A stretch of 64,000 nucleotides of DNA from a virus (IMGVR_UViG_3300045051_000987:49553-113552); one strand, 5' to 3'; shown: positions 9,387 through 18,391, counted from the stretch's first letter. Numbers and translations are program-made. The notes: generated by a model from the sequence alone, not told the origin.

Positions 9387-9748
9387 CGGTCGCCGGCCTT
9401 CTTGATCTCGGTCGACGTGAGGATCGGCGGAGCCTGCGGGACCTTCGAGATGATCTCAGCACCGCACTGACCTGCGACGTCGGCGGAGGGGTCGTGCCAG
9501 TGATCGCCGGCGTGTCCGCGTCGAAGCGTGCACACGAAGACGCCCTCGCTCACGAGCGTCACCGCGGTCTTGAGCGGGCTCGTCGCCGGCATCGCGGCCG
9601 CCGCCTCGGCCATCGCGACGTCATGCCGCCGAAGTACTTCGCGCAGCGCGCGAGCGAACGTCGGCCCGTCGATCCCCGCTGCGAACGCGAAGGCCTCGAG
9701 CCCACGCACGAGGCGCTTCACCTCTTCGTCGTCGCTCACCTTGATCAC
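9383..9748 (-). CDS. Hypothetical protein
   Basis: GTG start after SD GGAGG and CATGAT motif; CTLRRGHAGDH motif. Confidence 0.6.
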   Translation of the reverse strand: MIKVSDDEEVKRLVRGLEAFAFAAGIDGPTFARALREVLRRHDVAMAEAAAAMPATSPLKTAVTLVSEGVFVCTLRRGHAGDHWHDPSADVAGQCGAEIISKVPQAPPILTSTEIKKAGDR

Positions 9749-11517
9749 GTGGGCACCTCCGCGAGCATCATGCCGCCCATCGGGATCCCGTTCGGCTGAA
9801 CCCACACCGATCCCGAGTCGAGCGAGAAGCCGCCGAGCTCGGACGCTGCGAGCGTCACGAGCATCTTCTCCGCGATCGCGCGCGCCGCACCGACGGGCAC
9901 CGCGTTGCCGATGCGCTCCCGCCAGTCGCTCTGACTCTTGCCGGCGAGCACGAGCGGCGCGCCCTTCCACATCGTCGGGATCCCTTGGAGCGACGCAAGC
10001 TCGAGCGTCGTGAGCGGGCGGTGCCATGTCCCGTCCTTCGCGATGATCACGGGGAGGAACGACGGCGCCTTCTTCGGCGTCGCGGCCGCGAGCCTGAGCG
10101 CCTCCTCGATGTCGGCGTTGAACGATGGGCCCGTGCGCGGCTCCGCCACCGCGTACGCGCCGCACCCAACATGCGCGGTGCCTGCGATCGTGCGCGCGGC
10201 CTGCTCCCACCCGAGCACGGCATAGCCGGCGTCATAGGCGTACTTCACGCGGACATCGGCCACACGCGGATCACCGACAGCGGGCCCGCCCGATCCGGGC
10301 TGCGTCGCCTTGATCACCGTGCGCGCGGGCTCGCTCCACTTCCCGACGGCGTACTTGTTCCAGTGCCGGCCCTCGCTCGGCGGGAGCTCGAGCGCGCGCG
10401 GGTCGGCCACCGCGAAGCGACCGTTCGAGGGGAGGCTCTCGCCGCACACCGCGCCGGTCGGTTCCTCCCACGGCGAGACGCCGTAGGCGCCCGCGTGCGG
10501 CCCTCGGGGGTCGGCGACAGCGAACGCCCCGGTCGAGACGCCTGCTCGCCCTGTGACGGTCGGCGCGGGGCCCTCCCATGCCTTCACGCCGAGCACGCCC
10601 CCGAACCATTCGATCCGCGGTTCCTGCACGACGCCGATCGCGTTCGCACCGGCGCCCGTGATCGTGCCGGTCGGCTCATCCCACGGCGCGACCTCGTGCC
10701 GCTTGAAGACCTCGCGCCTCGCCTGACCCTCGGCGAGCACGCCTTCGAGGTCACGCCAATCGCCGCCGGCCGGGATCATCGCGATGCGGACCCAGTTGAG
10801 GAACGAGATCTTCGGGAGCTCGTGGATCTTCCCGAACGCGCGCGCGTCCTCTGTCGCCGGCACGGGGAGCGACTCGAGCACCTCGCCGCACGCGCGCACC
10901 CGCTTCTTCGGGGGCTGGTAGAGCAGGCTCGAGCACCGCGCCTCGAGCCTCGCGACGAGCAGGTAGCGCCGTCGACGCTGAGCGAGCCCGCCGATCTCAC
11001 CGCAGTCGTGGAAGCCCTCGTGCAGCCGGTAGCCGACGCCGCGGAGGAGCTTCTTCACCTGCTCGAGCATCGCCTTCGCGCGCGTCTTGAGGCGCGGCAC
11101 GTTCTCGAGGAGCACGAGCCTCGGGAGCGAGCCCTTCCACGCCTCGATCATCTTGCGCGTCCACGTCAGCGCGAGCGTGTTCATGCGCTGATACTTCTCG
11201 GTCTCGGCGAGCTCCTTCGGGAGGAGCCCGCTCGCCCCCTTGCACGGCGGGCTCATGAAGACGCAGTCGGGACCGATCGCGCCGTACCGCTCGAGGAGCT
11301 CGGCGACGGTGATCTCCTCGACGTCGCGGTGCCACGCCGTGCGCGTGTCGGTGAGGTAGTCGAAGTCGCGACACGCGTCCGGATCGAAGTCGATCCCGCC
11401 GATGCACTCGAAGCGGAGCGCGTGCCCGAAGAGGTGCGCGTGCGCATCGAGGAAGCCGCGAGCTCCCGCGCCGAGACCACCGAAGGGGAAGAGCGCGCGG
11501 AAGACGATCTCGCTCAC
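9745..11517 (-). CDS. C5-cytosine DNA methyltransferase with repeated variable region
   Basis: Motif I FGGLGAG, IV SPPCKG, VI ENVP, VIII QRRRR, X GNAVP; five ~30-aa W..P..T...AV.DPR repeats. Confidence 0.92.
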   Translation of the reverse strand: MSEIVFRALFPFGGLGAGARGFLDAHAHLFGHALRFECIGGIDFDPDACRDFDYLTDTRTAWHRDVEEITVAELLERYGAIGPDCVFMSPPCKGASGLLPKELAETEKYQRMNTLALTWTRKMIEAWKGSLPRLVLLENVPRLKTRAKAMLEQVKKLLRGVGYRLHEGFHDCGEIGGLAQRRRRYLLVARLEARCSSLLYQPPKKRVRACGEVLESLPVPATEDARAFGKIHELPKISFLNWVRIAMIPAGGDWRDLEGVLAEGQARREVFKRHEVAPWDEPTGTITGAGANAIGVVQEPRIEWFGGVLGVKAWEGPAPTVTGRAGVSTGAFAVADPRGPHAGAYGVSPWEEPTGAVCGESLPSNGRFAVADPRALELPPSEGRHWNKYAVGKWSEPARTVIKATQPGSGGPAVGDPRVADVRVKYAYDAGYAVLGWEQAARTIAGTAHVGCGAYAVAEPRTGPSFNADIEEALRLAAATPKKAPSFLPVIIAKDGTWHRPLTTLELASLQGIPTMWKGAPLVLAGKSQSDWRERIGNAVPVGAARAIAEKMLVTLAASELGGFSLDSGSVWVQPNGIPMGGMMLAEVPT

Positions 11518-12191
11518 GAGAGATCCTCGAGCGCGTGCGCGAGATCGTGCACCGACATCCGAGGCATGCGCCGATCGTAGTGCGTCGCGTTGTTCGGCGC
11601 GCCCTCGTACGCGCGCCCATCACACTCGGCCTTCACGCTCGCCGCCGCGCGTCGACGCACCTCGAGCGCGACCTCGTTCGGCACCGACCAGATCCCGAGC
11701 ATCCCGCGACAGAGGATCGGCTCGATCGGGATCGCGTCGACGAGGAGCCACCCCACGGGGCCGAGCCACCACCGCGCGCGCTCGAGGTCGACGAGCTCAC
11801 GCCATCGCGGATCGACAGCGGCGAGGTGCCGCCCATCGACACCGAGGACGCGGAGATACGGCCCGCGCTTGTCGAGCGCGCCCTTCACGCGCGCGATGCC
11901 GATGATCCGCCCGTACGGGAGCGCGTCCTTCTCGGGTACGCGCGTGCCCGACGGGAACGCCATGTGTGATCCGGCGTGCTCGATGCTGTCGGTCCCCTCT
12001 GCGATGCGCTTCGGCGATGCGTCGTAGACGAGGCCGGCGTGCACCGCGACGAACGGCCGGCGCCCGGTCTCCGGATCGAGCTTGAGGATCTCGGCGCTCG
12101 GCGTGAGGCGCCCACGGTTCTCGACGTTCTTCGGATCGCGCGGGTCGAAAATCTGAGAGGCCCACGGCTGGTGCAGCGTGATCGCTCGCAC
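11514..12191 (-). CDS. ASCH domain protein
   Basis: MRAITLHQPWASQI...KNVENR...VAVHAG...GRIIG...GPVGWLL...GMLGIW. Confidence 0.85.
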   Translation of the reverse strand: MRAITLHQPWASQIFDPRDPKNVENRGRLTPSAEILKLDPETGRRPFVAVHAGLVYDASPKRIAEGTDSIEHAGSHMAFPSGTRVPEKDALPYGRIIGIARVKGALDKRGPYLRVLGVDGRHLAAVDPRWRELVDLERARWWLGPVGWLLVDAIPIEPILCRGMLGIWSVPNEVALEVRRRAAASVKAECDGRAYEGAPNNATHYDRRMPRMSVHDLAHALEDLS

Positions 12192-12193
12192 CC

Positions 12194-12460
12194 TCAGCCC
12201 CCGTTGCCCGGCGTGCGGTAGTCCGCGCGCTCGTCGAGCTCCACGTGGAAGGACGACCCGAGCATGATGCGCGCGGGATCGCTGAGCGCCTTGGCGAGAC
12301 GATCGAGCCGCTCCTTCGTCGGAGGGAAGACGACGACCGTGCTCTCGCGCGGCCGCACGATGACCTTGAGCACGAAGCCGAACGGTTCGACCCCCACGAC
12401 GTCGAGCCCGTGCAGCTCAGCCTCGGCTTCGACGTCGGTGCGCGTGATGATGTAGCTCAT
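12194..12460 (-). CDS. Hypothetical protein
   Basis: MSYIITRTDV...; ATGA overlap. Confidence 0.6.
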   Translation of the reverse strand: MSYIITRTDVEAEAELHGLDVVGVEPFGFVLKVIVRPRESTVVVFPPTKERLDRLAKALSDPARIMLGSSFHVELDERADYRTPGNGG

Positions 12461-12786
12461 CGCTCGCGCTCCACCGGGGGCTTCGCGTGATGCGCGTGCG
12501 CGGGGCAGAAGCACACGGGGAGCTCGCGCACCTCGGGACCAGGACCGTTCGGCATGACGATCAGCGGCGAGACCTTGAACGTCACGAGCCCGATGATCCA
12601 CTCCGCGGGGAGGCTCGAGAGCAGCTCTTCGGAGTCGAGCACGAACACGCCGCTCCGATCGGGCACGAGGAGCGGGAGCGCGTCGACCTCGTGCGACGCG
12701 AGGCATCCGGGCGCCGAGCATCGCGCCGTCGTCTTGACCGAGATCGCGAGCCGGATCGGTTCGGGGAACTTCTGCGGGGTAGGCAT
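12457..12786 (-). CDS. Hypothetical Zn-binding protein
   Basis: CSAPGC...FCPAH; ATG 6 nt after CATGAT. Confidence 0.65.
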   Translation of the reverse strand: MPTPQKFPEPIRLAISVKTTARCSAPGCLASHEVDALPLLVPDRSGVFVLDSEELLSSLPAEWIIGLVTFKVSPLIVMPNGPGPEVRELPVCFCPAHAHHAKPPVERER

Positions 12787-12806
12787 GGCCCCATCATGCC
12801 GCCCGA

Positions 12807-13604
12807 TCACTGCGCGTCGGCGATCACGTCGTCTTCGTCGTCGCGGAGCGTCTCGCCCTCGCCGGGCATCTGTTCACCCGGGTGAACACGCGTCGCCTTC
12901 CGCTCTTCGAGGTAGCTCAGCACGCGCGAGAGGCGCGGTTCAGCGAACCCGAGCGGGCGCAACGATCCATCGCCGAGCACGGTGTCTCGCCCCTCGAAAA
13001 GAGCGGCCACGCCCGCCGTCGCAGCGCCGCACACCGGATCGCAGACGACGTCGCCGGGGCGCGAGTAGTCCTCGACGATCTGCCGCATCGCCCAGAGCGG
13101 CTTACCGCCCGTCATGAGGAGCTTCTCGCGCGGGCCCATGTACGCGCCGCGTCCGATGGTCCCCCAGCTCGAGAGCTCGGCGGGGCGCGCGACGAGGATG
13201 AAGTAGCTCCACGGGCTCGGGCCGTCGCCTCGAAGGCGCACGCGCGAGCCGGTCACCACGAGAGGGATCGGAGGGAAGCCGGCGTAGTACCCTGCGCGCT
13301 CGGCCGCGCGTTGCCATGCGGGCCAGAGCACGTGATCGGTGATCGAGACGAGCCACCCTCGATGCACCTCACGCCACGTGTCGACGAAGACGTGCACGTC
13401 TTCCGGCGTCCAGAACGCGTAGGGGATCGACGAGCGCCCGCCGGGCCGCGTGCTGTCGTGCCCGGTGTGCGTGCGCTCGGAGTAGGGCGTGTCGGCCGTG
13501 ATGAGGTTCACCACCTCACGGCGCGCGCGCAGCTCGCGAGCGAGGTCGGTGGCGTCAGCGTGGAAGAGCGAAACGCGCCGGTGCTCGAGGAGGGAGATCG
13601 TCAC
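12807..13604 (-). CDS. Divergent beta-class amino-DNA methyltransferase
   Basis: ITADTPYS (DPPY-like), GKPLWAMRQIVEDYSRPGDVVCDPVCGAAT (motif X-I); GTG 6 nt after CATGAT. Confidence 0.8.
   Translation of the reverse strand: MTISLLEHRRVSLFHADATDLARELRARREVVNLITADTPYSERTHTGHDSTRPGGRSSIPYAFWTPEDVHVFVDTWREVHRGWLVSITDHVLWPAWQRAAERAGYYAGFPPIPLVVTGSRVRLRGDGPSPWSYFILVARPAELSSWGTIGRGAYMGPREKLLMTGGKPLWAMRQIVEDYSRPGDVVCDPVCGAATAGVAALFEGRDTVLGDGSLRPLGFAEPRLSRVLSYLEERKATRVHPGEQMPGEGETLRDDEDDVIADAQ
12871..12888. promoter_or_regulatory. Dispersed palindrome copy 3
   Basis: 18-bp core in the 3' end of an MTase gene. Confidence 0.85.
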
Positions 13605-13611
13605 CGCGGCA

Positions 13612-13869
13612 TCATGCCGCCGGACGCTTCCGCCGTCCCGGGATCCGATCGAAGCGTCGAAGGCCGAGCACCACGATCGGCGAGCCATCCGGCCACGTCG
13701 TCGGCTCCTCGCCCTTCGCGTGCGCGACGCCGATCGGGCACCTCTTGCACGTCGGATCCTCGCCGGCCTTGTGGCGTTTGCCGCACGAGCTCCGAGGGAG
13801 CCGCGTGTGGATCCGCTCGCACTTGAAGACCGGGAGCCGCGCGGACGACGAGAGCGGGAGCGTCTTCAT
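13612..13869 (-). CDS. Small Cys-rich hypothetical protein
   Basis: FKCER...SCGKRH...CKRCPIG; SD GGAGG. Confidence 0.6.
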   Translation of the reverse strand: MKTLPLSSSARLPVFKCERIHTRLPRSSCGKRHKAGEDPTCKRCPIGVAHAKGEEPTTWPDGSPIVVLGLRRFDRIPGRRKRPAA

Positions 13870-14147
13870 GGGGATCCCTCCGAGCTGCGGGGTGCCTCGA
13901 GCCGGGCGCCCTCGATGCGCGCCCACTCCTTGAGCCACGCACAGAAGTCGCGGTGATCCTGCTCCTCGAGCACGTGCGAGTCGCGGTAGCTCTTGAGCTC
14001 GCGCCACTGACCCCACCGTCTCGACATCCACGTGATGAAGCCGGCCATCTTCCCGCCCGGCCACGTCTCGCGATCGGCGTCGAGCATCGCCTCGGTATCG
14101 ACCCCGTGCCCGTGCGCGCGCGTGTAGGCGACGAAGTACGGGTTCAC
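13866..14147 (-). CDS. Hypothetical phage protein
   Basis: VNPYFVAY...ADRETWPGGKMAGFITW; GTGA overlap. Confidence 0.7.
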   Translation of the reverse strand: MNPYFVAYTRAHGHGVDTEAMLDADRETWPGGKMAGFITWMSRRWGQWRELKSYRDSHVLEEQDHRDFCAWLKEWARIEGARLEAPRSSEGSP

Positions 14148-14464
14148 GCCGCACCCACGCACGCCGCGCAGACGGTCGCCCCACGCGCGCGCACGAAGTA
14201 GCGGTGATGCGGGGTCGTGCACCGCACGTGCGCGTCGTACCAAGCGCGGCGCGCGTCGTGGTCGGTGGGCTCGGCCGGGATCAGGCCCTCAGCGATCCGC
14301 GCTGCGATGTCTGCCTCGATCGCACGCGCGAGCTCGACGACCTCAGAGGTCGAGATCGGGGAGGTCTTCGACGTCTCCGATGACGTCGTCCGGTGCGAGC
14401 TCGGCGTTGGGATCACCGTCGAGAACGTCGTCTGTGTCGTCGGCTTCTTCGTCCGGGTCTTCAT
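14144..14464 (-). CDS. Hypothetical protein
   Basis: MKTRTKK...; SD GGAG downstream of a CATGAT motif; overlaps the tail of the sigma-4 gene. Confidence 0.5.
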   Translation of the reverse strand: MKTRTKKPTTQTTFSTVIPTPSSHRTTSSETSKTSPISTSEVVELARAIEADIAARIAEGLIPAEPTDHDARRAWYDAHVRCTTPHHRYFVRARGATVCAACVGAA

Positions 14465-14837
14465 CGGGGGGCGCTTCTCCAGCGCCATCATGCCGCGCGC
14501 CCTCGTCGTCCTCGTCGCCGTCGTCGAAGTCGGGCAGCGGTTGGCCCCTGAGCTTCGCGAACGCGATCGTCTCGATCTGCCGCACGCGCTCACGCGATAC
14601 GCCGATCGCCTGAGCGATCATGTCGAGCGTCGCCCCGTCGGGGAACGTCGCGACGAAGAGCTGACACGCGATGTCGTCCTCGTACCGAGTGACCTTGTCC
14701 ACGATCGGGAGCTGCGCGCGGAGGTCGCGTCGAAGGAAGCGATGCCGCTCGCACGTGGTGACGAGCGACCGCGCGGCTCGCACGATCGGAACACCGCACA
14801 CGCGGCACTTCGGCTCGGTGCGTGCCGTCTCGGTCAT
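14343..14837 (-). CDS. Stand-alone sigma-70 region-4 HTH protein with Zn-finger and acidic tail
   Basis: TLDMIAQAIGVSRERVRQIETIAFAKLR is a textbook sigma 4.2 helix-turn-helix. Confidence 0.85.
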   Translation of the reverse strand: MTETARTEPKCRVCGVPIVRAARSLVTTCERHRFLRRDLRAQLPIVDKVTRYEDDIACQLFVATFPDGATLDMIAQAIGVSRERVRQIETIAFAKLRGQPLPDFDDGDEDDEGARHDGAGEAPPDEDPDEEADDTDDVLDGDPNAELAPDDVIGDVEDLPDLDL

Positions 14838-15085
14838 GCCTTCACGCCGCGGAGCACGACCGCGATCCTACCGCGGGCGTCACGCCGTGCACGCTGTACG
14901 TCGACGGCGCTGAGCGACTCCTCGATCGCCGCGAAGTAGGCCGCCTGCTCCGCGGGCGGGACGGTCGACCAGTGCTCCGCGCAGCACGGGGCGCGTGCTG
15001 AGGGCTCCGCCGAGCACCCGAACGCCGCGCACGTCTCGAGCTCGGTGATGGGCACCACGGCGCCCGAGCGCTCCGCGATCGGCAT
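14834..15085 (-). CDS. Small Cys-rich hypothetical protein
   Basis: CAAFGC...CCAEHW; start position uncertain. Confidence 0.5.
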   Translation of the reverse strand: MPIAERSGAVVPITELETCAAFGCSAEPSARAPCCAEHWSTVPPAEQAAYFAAIEESLSAVDVQRARRDARGRIAVVLRGVKA

Positions 15086-15135
15086 CGGCCGCAACGGCGC
15101 GAGCTCGCAGCGCGGGCGGAATGGAACGATGCGCC

Positions 15136-15585
15136 TCACGCGAACACACCGGGGGGCGGGAGGGTCTCGCGCGCGCGGATCGCATCGCTCGAGCGCTTCG
15201 ACGCTGCGACGATCCACTCGAAGACGTCCTCGTCTCGCTCGATCTCGAGGAGCAGCGACCCGAAGTGAAAGACGCCCATGTGCGGGCCCGAGCACACGAT
15301 CGGGCGCCCCGTCGCGTAGGCGATCCCGACCTCGAAGCCTCCGCCGGTCGAGCCCTTCTTCGGCGTGAGGAACCAGATCAGGTCGGCCGAGAGCACCGCG
15401 GCGATCTCGGCCTGCGCGATCGCGGGGCTGCGATGGTCGGCCGCGTCGGTGGGCGAGCACCCCGCGGAAAGCACGGCGGGCGTCCAGTCGTAGGTGACGA
15501 GGACGCCCGCGGCGCGGAGCGCCTCGATCCATCGAGACGCGCGATCAGCTTCGGTTGATCCCGAGGCGACGTAGACCTTGAGCAC
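15136..15585 (-). CDS. Nucleoside 2-deoxyribosyltransferase / dNMP N-glycosidase-like protein
   Basis: KVYVASG...EIAAVLSADLI...STGGGFEVGIAYATGRPI; GTG 6 nt after CATGAT. Confidence 0.78.
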   Translation of the reverse strand: MLKVYVASGSTEADRASRWIEALRAAGVLVTYDWTPAVLSAGCSPTDAADHRSPAIAQAEIAAVLSADLIWFLTPKKGSTGGGFEVGIAYATGRPIVCSGPHMGVFHFGSLLLEIERDEDVFEWIVAASKRSSDAIRARETLPPPGVFA

Positions 15586-15625
15586 GGCGGCATCATGCCG
15601 CGACGCCTCGGGCGGTGTCACTCGG

Positions 15626-16063
15626 TCAGAGCGCGGCCTCGAGCTCCGAGAGCGCGGCGAGCGCCCCGAGATCGGCACGACCGATCCGCTTCAACGTGAC
15701 CTCGCGCATCCACGTCGCGACGGGGACCTTCTTGCAGTGCTTCGCGATCGCGGCGCCCTGCTTCGTCGTGCTCTTCACCGAGAAGTTGCTCGCGCCCGCG
15801 AGCGTGATCGCGCGCTTGCCGGTGCCCTTCATGGCGTCGACGCCGAGGCCGAGCCCACCACCGATCGCCTCGAGCGAGGCTTCGCGCACGAGGGACGGGG
15901 GCGAGATCTTGTGCTTGCGGCAGTAGTCGCCGATCGCGATGCCCTGCTCGTCGTTCACTCGGATCGTCACCGAGTGATCGAGCGTCCCACCCTTGTAGAG
16001 CTGCGGGCGCCCCGCGCCCTCGCGCCGTCCGCCCTTCGTGCTCGCCTTCTTCTTCGTCGCCAT
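15626..16063 (-). CDS. Putative DNA-binding protein with two RHH/CopG-like repeats
   Basis: GGRREGAGRP followed by two copies of (V/F)(T/S)(I/V)+...QGxAIxx(Y/H)C...xxxxxREx(S/T)L. Confidence 0.65.
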   Translation of the reverse strand: MATKKKASTKGGRREGAGRPQLYKGGTLDHSVTIRVNDEQGIAIGDYCRKHKISPPSLVREASLEAIGGGLGLGVDAMKGTGKRAITLAGASNFSVKSTTKQGAAIAKHCKKVPVATWMREVTLKRIGRADLGALAALSELEAAL

Positions 16064-16079
16064 GGTCTCGGTTCCTTCC

Positions 16080-16613
16080 TCAGTCGGCGAGCGAGGAGCG
16101 ACAGAGCTCCGCGGCCACCGCGTACATGGGGTGTGCGCCCTGCGCGATCACGAGCTCCTCGACGCCGACGGTGCTCACCACCTCGACCGACCAGAACCCG
16201 CGCGCGCGCCTCGAGCGGAGCGATCGACCGTCAGAGCGGTCGACCATCGCGACGAGCCGATCGAGGCTGTCGGGCGTCACGAAGTGACCGGCGTGCGAGC
16301 GCTGCCAGATAGCTTGGAGCTCGATGAAGAGATCGTCGGAGGGACCGAAGGCCGGGAGCTTCTCCGCGGCCAGCACGCCCTTGCACTCGCCTCGCTCACG
16401 CGAGCGCGCCTCGTGCCGGTAGACGTGCAAGAGCGCCTTCCGAATGCGGTCACCGTCGGGGCTGTCTTCACCACCGGGGCCCTCGATGAAGATCGGGGCG
16501 AGCGCGTTGTTCACGAGATGCGACGCGAGGCAGACGCCGAAGAGGGGCATCGCTGCGACGATCATGGCCTCGGTCGCGAGGTGCGCGCGTCGGCGCCAGA
16601 GGGGAGAGCTCAT
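16080..16613 (-). CDS. Hypothetical protein (cassette array)
   Basis: Preceded by GGGGCTTGCCCC hairpin and SD AGGAAG. Confidence 0.6.
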   Translation of the reverse strand: MSSPLWRRRAHLATEAMIVAAMPLFGVCLASHLVNNALAPIFIEGPGGEDSPDGDRIRKALLHVYRHEARSRERGECKGVLAAEKLPAFGPSDDLFIELQAIWQRSHAGHFVTPDSLDRLVAMVDRSDGRSLRSRRARGFWSVEVVSTVGVEELVIAQGAHPMYAVAAELCRSSLAD

Positions 16614-16665
16614 CGATTCCAACCTTCCTGGGGCAAGCCCCGAGGCCCCCGCGGGGGCCGAGAGA

Positions 16666-16992
16666 TCACGCGGCGCGGGAGCCGTTGAGCGACTCGCACG
16701 CCGCAACCGTGAGCTCGAACGAGCTGACGTAGCAGCCGTCGAAGTGCTCGGGCATGCGGGTGATGTCGACCACCGGGCACGCGGCCTTCACCGAGACGAG
16801 GAACGCGACCGCCGTGAGGCGCTCGTCGCGCGTCGCGCCGTGGCGCACGCGGACGTTGATCAGGCCGCGCGCGCAGCCCTTGCCGGCCACAATCGAGAGG
16901 TAGCCGAGGCCGAGGTTCTTCGCGAGCTGGCGGAGCTGCGCGACGTTCTCCGAGCGGGGCATCTCGAGGCCGGTCATCGTGTTCGTCATCAT
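16666..16992 (-). CDS. Hypothetical protein (cassette array)
   Basis: ATG directly after the TATACCTAAATCC promoter. Confidence 0.65.
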   Translation of the reverse strand: MMTNTMTGLEMPRSENVAQLRQLAKNLGLGYLSIVAGKGCARGLINVRVRHGATRDERLTAVAFLVSVKAACPVVDITRMPEHFDGCYVSSFELTVAACESLNGSRAA

Positions 16993-16993
16993 G

Positions 16994-17029
16994 GATTTAG
17001 GTATACAGCCGACATCCGAAAGGCGCCAG
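16994..17029 (-). promoter_or_regulatory. Class I promoter CTGGCG-N18-TATACCTAAATC
   Basis: One of five copies with identical 18-nt spacing. Confidence 0.8.
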
Positions 17030-17057
17030 AGAAAAAAGACAGTCGTCGAATCTTTTT

Positions 17058-17870
17058 TCAGGACGCGTCGATCCGGGCTGTCTCGACCGCCTTGCGCGTG
17101 TGCTTCGTGAGCCCGCGGGCCCAGACCGTCTTGCGCCCCGTCGGCGCCTTGTCCTCGCGCGGGCGAGCTGCGCGGTTCCAACTACCGCCCTTGCCACGGC
17201 GCACGCACACGAAGCCCGACGCGCGCAGGCTGACGCCGCTCTCTTCGTCGAGGATGGACGTGATCAGCTTGTCGTATCCGAGCTCGAGTGCGCGCGACCC
17301 GCACGCCGCGTAGAGCTTGCTCGACGCGTTGCGCCTGAGCGCGGGATGCCCCCACGTCGCGACGCGGAGCACCTCGAGCGTGCACGGCTCGGCCTTCTGC
17401 ACGAGGCGCGACACAGGACGACCGACCATCGCCACGCCGACGCGCACGCCGCCGTTGTAGATGGCGATCGAGAACTTGTGACCTTGCGGCTTGCTGTGGT
17501 GCCGGTGATGGCGATCGACCTCCGCGCACACCTCGGAGAACCACCCATCGTGCGACGCGCACTGCTGGTGCCCCGTCTTGCGCGTGGGGTCGTAGATCTC
17601 TAGGCGCGCGACGATCGTCCCGTCCCCGTCCTCGATGATCTCCATGACCTCGAGACTCGGATCGATGAGCTGCACGACGTCGGCGAGCTCGATCCCGTAC
17701 GCCGCCGCGAAGCCATCGAGCGCGACGGCCTCTCGCTGCTCCTCGCAGCACGGCGCCCACGTCAGGAAGCGCGAGCCCGTGCAGGTGAGCACATCGCACC
17801 CGTAGAGGCTCGCAGCGTCGCCGAAGAGCCACGAGGTGCCGCAGTGCACGCACGAGGGATCGTCGTTCAC
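17058..17870 (-). CDS. XF1762-family / Mom-like GNAT-fold protein with N-terminal Cys-rich extension
   Basis: VDRHHRHHSKPQGHKFSIA...GVAMVGRPVSR...LEVLRV...ASSKLYAAC...LGY..LIT..L..ESGVSLRASGF. Confidence 0.8.
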   Translation of the reverse strand: MNDDPSCVHCGTSWLFGDAASLYGCDVLTCTGSRFLTWAPCCEEQREAVALDGFAAAYGIELADVVQLIDPSLEVMEIIEDGDGTIVARLEIYDPTRKTGHQQCASHDGWFSEVCAEVDRHHRHHSKPQGHKFSIAIYNGGVRVGVAMVGRPVSRLVQKAEPCTLEVLRVATWGHPALRRNASSKLYAACGSRALELGYDKLITSILDEESGVSLRASGFVCVRRGKGGSWNRAARPREDKAPTGRKTVWARGLTKHTRKAVETARIDAS

Positions 17871-18079
17871 GACGCGACCCCGATCGCCTCGCGACCCTTC
17901 GCCGTGATCGCGAACGTGCCCGCGGGCGTCCGCTCGAGGAGCCCGGTCGCAAGGCACCGGCGGAGGTGCTCGACGTCGACCGCCTCGACGCGCGCCGGGA
18001 TCTCCTTCGTCCCGTTCTCCGTCTTCTGGCGGAGCACGAATAGGTTCGTGCTCGTGGGCGTGCCCTTCGGCTTCCTCAC
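17867..18079 (-). CDS. Small winged-helix-like hypothetical protein
   Basis: LRRCLATGLLE...FAITAKGREA. Confidence 0.6.
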   Translation of the reverse strand: MRKPKGTPTSTNLFVLRQKTENGTKEIPARVEAVDVEHLRRCLATGLLERTPAGTFAITAKGREAIGVAS

Positions 18080-18264
18080 GACGCCACCTTCGCAAGCTCA
18101 GCCTCGACGATCGCGCGGAGCTCCGCGGTGCTGACGCGCGACGCGCGGACGTCGAAGACCTCGCCCTTCTCGCTCTGCGCGGTGCCGCACGAGATGCCGT
18201 CCTCGTCATAGACCGCGTGGAAGAAGCTCTTGCGACCCGTCTTGCTCGTCTCGACCGTGAACAT
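18076..18264 (-). CDS. Small hypothetical protein (cassette array)
   Basis: MFTVETSKTG...; promoter, hairpin and AAGGAG upstream. Confidence 0.7.
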   Translation of the reverse strand: MFTVETSKTGRKSFFHAVYDEDGISCGTAQSEKGEVFDVRASRVSTAELRAIVEAELAKVAS

Positions 18265-18275
18265 CGTCTCTTCTC

Positions 18276-18343
18276 TCCTTGGGGCGAGCCCCGCGAACCG
18301 TCTGATTGATTTAGGTATACACGAGCCCTCCGAAACCCGCCAG
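18276..18343 (-). promoter_or_regulatory. Class I promoter + GGGGCTCGCCCC hairpin + AAGGAG
   Basis: Conserved cassette. Confidence 0.8.
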
Positions 18344-18391
18344 GGGAAATCGACGAGGCCCGGACGATTTCTCGCCGGGCCCTTCCTCACC

